DNA of 64,000 nt from an uncultured Prevotellaceae bacterium (GTDB lineage: Bacteria > Bacteroidota > Bacteroidia > Bacteroidales > Muribaculaceae): assembly GCA_947169265.1 (NCBI GenBank), contig CAMVPC010000016.1, positions 3,169 through 67,168 on the forward strand, given 5' to 3'. How positions within the stretch are numbered: the first letter of the stretch is position 1; every line of letters starts with the position of its first letter. Positions 60,201 to 64,000 of the stretch are shown here, piece by piece. The notes under the pieces are model-generated. The model was not told the DNA's origin. It saw nothing but the letters and a program-made list of their open reading frames with translations, and searched no databases. The position numbers were made by a program, and so were the translations under genes.

Positions 60201-60972
60201 TATATGTTGAAACAATAATATAACTAAGGATATAGATGGATATGATTATTAGATATAACATACATATTACATCCCATATTTGTTTCCATCTTTTACTGCA
60301 CGAGAATACTTCACATAAAGAATCTACCATTATAAAATTTGGCATAAATAAGACAATTGCTGCAATTACAGCAACTATCAGTGAGGTCGAAATTGGCAAG
60401 GCCTTCTTCCATTTTATGTCCTGTATTCTTTTTAGTCTTGATTGTCTGAGTTTATGAGCCTTTTCTTTATATATGATTTGTTGAAGTATGCTATATTCTA
60501 TCAGATGATTAATTGCATCCTTGTCTATTGTTTTTTGATTGTTGTTCGCTTTTGGTTTCATAGCGGGAACCATCTGCTTATTTGCTTCTTCATTTGTAGT
60601 TTTATCTTTTTCTACAAGTTCTTTATAAAGCGTGTCATCTTCCAAAGTGGCCAAAGAGATGCATAGATAGTTCGCTTTACGATAATCGCGCATTAGGGTT
60701 TGGAGAACAGAACTTTTCCCTGCTCCATATGGCCCTGTCAGTGCTATATTTTTGACATTTCTATTTCCAAGCTTATTGGCAATATCTTTTACTGGTCCAT
60801 ATTTAGGATTGTCATTCCCATTCTCGTCTTTAACCTCTATAAAAGCGGGTGCTAAATCAAAATGACTATTGTCATCTTTAAAATATCGAAGCAAAGGATC
60901 TTCATGTATAGACTTGATTCTGTCCACACATTGATTAAATCGTATAACAAAGGACTTAATGCTAAATTTCAT
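57205..60972 (-). CDS. YobI/KAP-family P-loop NTPase with two TM helices and a long C-terminal region
   Basis: Walker A GPYGAGKSS, two TMs (approx. residues 190-260), Walker B VVIIEDLDRF, FIYAVRDDIF, and RTKFFDYITTVIPVVN. Confidence 0.85.
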   Translation of the reverse strand: MKFSIKSFVIRFNQCVDRIKSIHEDPLLRYFKDDNSHFDLAPAFIEVKDENGNDNPKYGPVKDIANKLGNRNVKNIALTGPYGAGKSSVLQTLMRDYRKANYLCISLATLEDDTLYKELVEKDKTTNEEANKQMVPAMKPKANNNQKTIDKDAINHLIEYSILQQIIYKEKAHKLRQSRLKRIQDIKWKKALPISTSLIVAVIAAIVLFMPNFIMVDSLCEVFSCSKRWKQIWDVICMLYLIIISIYILSYIIVSTYNSKINKLNFKNGEIDIKENTSIFNKHLDEIIYFFEVTKYNVVIIEDLDRFDTNHIFLKLREINQLLNASTSIGRRIVFIYAVRDDIFHDTNRTKFFDYITTVIPVVNSSNACDKLISALQEKGVNEITETTCKELGFYIDDMRILYNIVDEYLQYRSKIGEKISSKNLLGMIVYKNYFPKDFADLHNRKGVVYTIISSKHKYIDEITESSQKKIAELKTQLNEIIVKNRIDNGKDLRSLYVMEYLKKKPRIYRFITKKGEKMLPKELIDDENKFTKLINDEFNQYEYYYYYNNLSTETLDIKFSDVEKAVDSEYSYTQRLNFESEVIAQKRKEIEQLEMAISKYQQMSISELIRIPKVESFHVDISKLDDKTKLVEFLLKEGYINEFYYDYISYFYPGTLMPEDKDFIADLRIGNKKEYTYQLCKFESVIEEIPAKSYNNGGVLNVSLVKYMSDHVDNIDISSKLDKIIKYIVSKREKEFVLAFYKAHADCSVLFERIFAKWTRFDVECLYEGKERDRSRFDIFFEMFLRYVNFDVIGKENDDFDIHMCDNFGWLNERIGIIGLKRIMNVTQKRNLRFYNLNANSLSPDFMSYVIDGCFFERRRDNLLSIVSFLAPDKIASYRMASMTTIRGIGNTDVMDDMDNNMDEYIRCFPDSSVEETEENLLCIVNTCQVSDKTKEYLRKQVNKINNLSDILDNERKIMSIATNILKPRWENIEDFVNEEDDNIKRDELVDYIEKNIDELCSVKATSVLSEAIKSKMFTYFVGTNVLNYSSYKKFRDSFDRIFTAYDLTGLESNRMSYLIDTSGIKFNEYYYKFICEKYPQLTITFIINNKTDYLKDISLYPLSSDIAEGLVKSSSLKKEEKVQVVYSLPVDFNISTSLANSICLFFVNGHLDRLKEKKDVFINYISASNNIELKVKAFMHYVEHQDINDAFIKEALSTMGAEYAEIAMQKGLRPKINKGHYNRELILYLLNRKFISTYKEEDKYYQINTRNIN

Positions 60973-61092
60973 TTCTTTTTTCTTTTATAATAAACATCTC
61001 TTTTGGAGTTACCTACTAAATGTATCGTAGTTACCCACTAACTCATAAGAGTTAAGCAGTTACTTGAAATGTAATCATCTATCTTTTGCTCG

Positions 61093-61917
61093 TCACTCAT
61101 AATCACATTCAATATCTAAATAAACATTCTCTTTCAAATACAAAGCCAATTCTTTGTGTGGTTTTATTATTTTGTTGAAAGTTTCTTGCGCTATATTTGC
61201 AATCCAATTCTCTGAACCTTCTGGAGGTGTTTGCCCCAAGTCTAAATAATCCACATAATTCGAAGCCATACAATACTGTGGGTTAAGATATAAGCATGAC
61301 GCAAAGTGGAAAAGGAACAAATCATTTATACAGGTATCTAATAAGTTCAGATATCTTGTTCTATATTGATTATGTATTTCATTGTCATTAGTTATCATCC
61401 ACTGGTAACTATTTATATGCATATTATCATCTAATATATCCCTGATTCTTCGATACCTTTTCTCAAAATCGAAAAAACAGAATAGAGACTTATATGATTC
61501 TGAACGCTCAAAATATTTTATCACGTCACCATACTTGGGCATTTTGAAGTTCTCTTCTATCCATTTTTTTACACGTTCTGCAGTTAGCAAGAATACTTCA
61601 GGATTTTTTCTTTTTTGTTCTTGCCGATATACCGTAAAATATATATCCAGAAGTATCTCGTCAAAGTACTTCCTTACGATAGCAAAAGCGTCATTAATAT
61701 GTGCTTTATTCAATAACAAGCATACAGAATCTATCGTTCCCTTTATTGAACTAAAAATATAAGTGTCGATATTGGGAAAAGTTCCAGGAAGTCCTTCAGG
61801 CAAGAAGTTAAAAGAACTATATGATAGGAAATCATAGAAATCTTTTATAGAATCCAAGTTCTTAAAGATTATATGTTCCCTATATTCTTTAGGCAATTGT
61901 TCTATGTCCCATTTCAT
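61093..61917 (-). CDS. Hypothetical all-alpha protein, possibly HEPN-like
   Basis: NDAFAIVRKYFD and YRRIRDILDDNMH; helical; the R..H spacing is one residue longer than the canonical Rx4-6H. Confidence 0.55.
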   Translation of the reverse strand: MKWDIEQLPKEYREHIIFKNLDSIKDFYDFLSYSSFNFLPEGLPGTFPNIDTYIFSSIKGTIDSVCLLLNKAHINDAFAIVRKYFDEILLDIYFTVYRQEQKRKNPEVFLLTAERVKKWIEENFKMPKYGDVIKYFERSESYKSLFCFFDFEKRYRRIRDILDDNMHINSYQWMITNDNEIHNQYRTRYLNLLDTCINDLFLFHFASCLYLNPQYCMASNYVDYLDLGQTPPEGSENWIANIAQETFNKIIKPHKELALYLKENVYLDIECDYE

Positions 61918-61949
61918 ATTGTTATCTTCTTTTAAATCTGGTCAAGAAG

Positions 61950-63734
61950 TTAATTTGTTTTATATACTGATACACAATGACATTTACATTGTGCATATGT
62001 ATTTGGAGAAGAATTCTGTGAAGATATCCAACTAAAGCATTTGGGGCAAAATGTCTTTTCATATAATTTTTGAACATTATATGCAAACTCTCTGATTTCT
62101 TGATCGCTCAACGCAATTGCCCATTCATTATAGTGACATGCTAAGAGATTCCTGATATATAAAGAATTATGAATTGCCTCAATAAGTGGTTCCAAATCTT
62201 TTGATTTTTTTAGTTGTTTTCTTATTCCTGGCCATAAATCACCAATAGTATATTTGTCATCTCGAACTCTCTTAATATCTATTCTTAATTCTATACTCAA
62301 ATTTTGACAAATCTTTTCTAACATCAGTCCTGACATTGATGCCATTAAAGTTGTATTTCCCGATTTAATTGCAATTTCTAAAGAGTCATCATACATCTTG
62401 GCTAATTGTGACATAATGATAGGCCCTTGATCAAAACTCCAACTCGCTATTTGAAATTCTTTAAATTCATGATTATTATTAGTGAACAAATATCGCAATT
62501 GATTTAGCCATAGTCTATCGTGGGCGGTAATAAATATTTGCCAATCCTTTAATTCTGAAAGAATGTAATTAACAAATTTTGCCCGTATTTGTGTGTCAAC
62601 ACTTTGGAGAACATCATCTAGTATAAAAACCTTTGCCTGTCCTCTGTTAGCACCAACCCTAATAATAGATACATATAGCAGCAATATTAGCAAATCATAA
62701 TTCGCTTCACTGAAAATTGAACTTGGCGTAACTGTTAGACCATTTTTTAATTTTATTAATATTTCTAACGAAGTATCTGTTTTTTTCCCAAAAGACAATT
62801 GTATATAATCAATATAGTCAACAGAGGAAGTTGATTTAAATGCTTCTGTCAAGTATGAACTCGCTTCTGTTAAAAACTCCATATTCTGCTTTAATCTCTT
62901 ATTGGATTTTACAGATGATGTATCAGTTAGTTTCGTAATCTGCCCCTTTATCATCTTAATCTCCAAAAGTTTCTCAACCAATGCATTTGATATTCTTGCA
63001 ATTTCGTCATATTCTTCTTGAGAAACCAATTTACGCCCTTGGGTTCTTTGCCGTGGATTGCCATTTTGTAAAACGACACTCCTTTTTATGCAAAGATCTA
63101 TCGCTTCTTTATCATTTATAGAAAACCGATGTGGATTCACTCCAATTTTTTCTCCCAATATTTTTTTTAACTCGTCTCTACGCCTTTTAATACTTATGCA
63201 TTCTTCTTGAAGATCTTCTATTTCCGGATCTATTTCTAATAATACCTCTGAATCATTTTCGTCATTATCTGGTACTTGATAAATAAACTTGAAAAACAAG
63301 ATTTGACGTTCTATCCCTGACAAAATATTATAAGTCATAATGTCATTTCGCCTTAAAGCTACAGGAACATACGAGAAATTCTCATTGCTTTCCTTGTCAG
63401 TCGCTTTGTAAATAACTTTATCATTCTTTACAAAAATATCTATACCTCTTTCTATAATACAACCGTTATCTAACTCAACCTTAGTCTTTGCAGGAATAGA
63501 CTGGGTATAACATTTCGAAATAGCAGAAGGTCTACGGCTATTTTTTATTTTTGAATCACGTTCTATACGTGCTTGCAAATTAAACTCAATAGCATCAACT
63601 ATAGACGATTTCCCTGTACCATTGTCACCATAAATTATAGTAGAAACAGCATCTCCATTTCTATTTGAGAAATCCAATTCTACACTTTTAGGGATTCCTC
63701 GAAAGGCTTCAATATATAATTTTTTGATTTTCAT
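61950..63734 (-). CDS. ABC/SMC-type ATPase fused to a C-terminal HEPN domain and Zn finger (PrrC/RloC-like)
   Basis: FRGIP, Walker A GDNGTGKSS, central coiled coil, signature FSEAN, Walker B FILDDVLQSVD, switch ITAHD, HEPN RNLLACH, and CPKC...CKC. Confidence 0.8.
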   Translation of the reverse strand: MKIKKLYIEAFRGIPKSVELDFSNRNGDAVSTIIYGDNGTGKSSIVDAIEFNLQARIERDSKIKNSRRPSAISKCYTQSIPAKTKVELDNGCIIERGIDIFVKNDKVIYKATDKESNENFSYVPVALRRNDIMTYNILSGIERQILFFKFIYQVPDNDENDSEVLLEIDPEIEDLQEECISIKRRRDELKKILGEKIGVNPHRFSINDKEAIDLCIKRSVVLQNGNPRQRTQGRKLVSQEEYDEIARISNALVEKLLEIKMIKGQITKLTDTSSVKSNKRLKQNMEFLTEASSYLTEAFKSTSSVDYIDYIQLSFGKKTDTSLEILIKLKNGLTVTPSSIFSEANYDLLILLLYVSIIRVGANRGQAKVFILDDVLQSVDTQIRAKFVNYILSELKDWQIFITAHDRLWLNQLRYLFTNNNHEFKEFQIASWSFDQGPIIMSQLAKMYDDSLEIAIKSGNTTLMASMSGLMLEKICQNLSIELRIDIKRVRDDKYTIGDLWPGIRKQLKKSKDLEPLIEAIHNSLYIRNLLACHYNEWAIALSDQEIREFAYNVQKLYEKTFCPKCFSWISSQNSSPNTYAQCKCHCVSVYKTN

Positions 63735-63750
63735 AAATATAAAATCTTAG

Positions 63751-63851
63751 TTATTCTTCGTTTAATTCATCACCCATACGATATTTGATGTCGTAGTTCT
63801 TCGCAAGCGAAGCGGCAGAGCTGAGCGGATGATGAAATCTAATTCTTCTTC
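63751..63851 (-). pseudogene. Relic C-terminal tail of an R-M (type IIG/Eco57I-like) methyltransferase gene, interrupted by a 29-bp insertion
   Basis: Reads EEELDFII (63851-63828), then a 29-bp insert (63827-63799), then NYDIKYRMGDELNEE* (63798-63751). No long upstream ORF in frame within the window. Confidence 0.6.
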
Positions 63852-64000
63852 GGCGTAATCATATTGAACAGGGGAACGATTCTCTTTTGTATTAAACACA
63901 GATGTTAAACTAATAAATGTTCTGTTACGTCAATTTCATGCATTTGAGGTCTGGACAAGGACCATTTAACACGTTTGTCTTTACCTATAGTAAAAACAAT

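Noticed and set aside
61039-61063. Hairpin with TAAC/GTTA ends as an integron attC site
   Set aside because: The stem is only 6 bp, there is no proper RYYYAAC/GTTRRRY pair with extrahelical bases, and it is not repeated after the other island genes.

Overview
A Bacteroidales chromosome segment. The evidence is TAnnTTTG-type promoters, a UpxY antiterminator, a T9SS-type C-terminal tail, and DUF349/DUF4290 genes. The GC-rich core looks Muribaculaceae- or Prevotella-like, which is inference only. There are three zones. (1) About 1-24.7 kb: a mosaic, mostly AT-rich Wzx/Wzy surface-polysaccharide locus transcribed rightward and divergent from a upxY gene. It has a probable upxZ relic, ugd, WbpP/WbpO-like enzymes, GT2/GT4s, three acyltransferases, LicD plus a cytidylyltransferase, and a PIG-L deacetylase. 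It also carries an unusual, tightly coupled trio of ATP-grasp ligase, opine dehydrogenase and single-chain cobalamin-binding protein, followed by a GT2/ATP-grasp/GT2/HAD module. (2) About 24.9-54.6 kb: GC-rich housekeeping genes (corA, EamA, secreted flavodoxin, initiator tRNA-Met, rimO, ftsY, galM, TPR, ygiQ, DUF349, wcaJ-like, recQ, eptA-like, proS, rimM, tsaB, two amino-acid transporters, a 2-hydroxyacid dehydrogenase). It includes an unannotated 6S-like structured ncRNA at about 36.5-36.8 kb. (3) About 55.2-63.9 kb: a lower-GC, minus-strand candidate defence island. It encodes a PrrC/RloC-like ABC-ATPase-HEPN-Zn-finger protein, a possible HEPN-like protein, a YobI/KAP NTPase, a Schlafen/AlbA_2-ATPase with a 12-bp VNTR linker, and a small SLOG protein. 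It is headed by a relic of an R-M methyltransferase C-terminus interrupted by a 29-bp hairpin insertion. No CRISPR array, rRNA, transposase or integrase was seen. Family assignments come from motifs read by eye; no database search was run.
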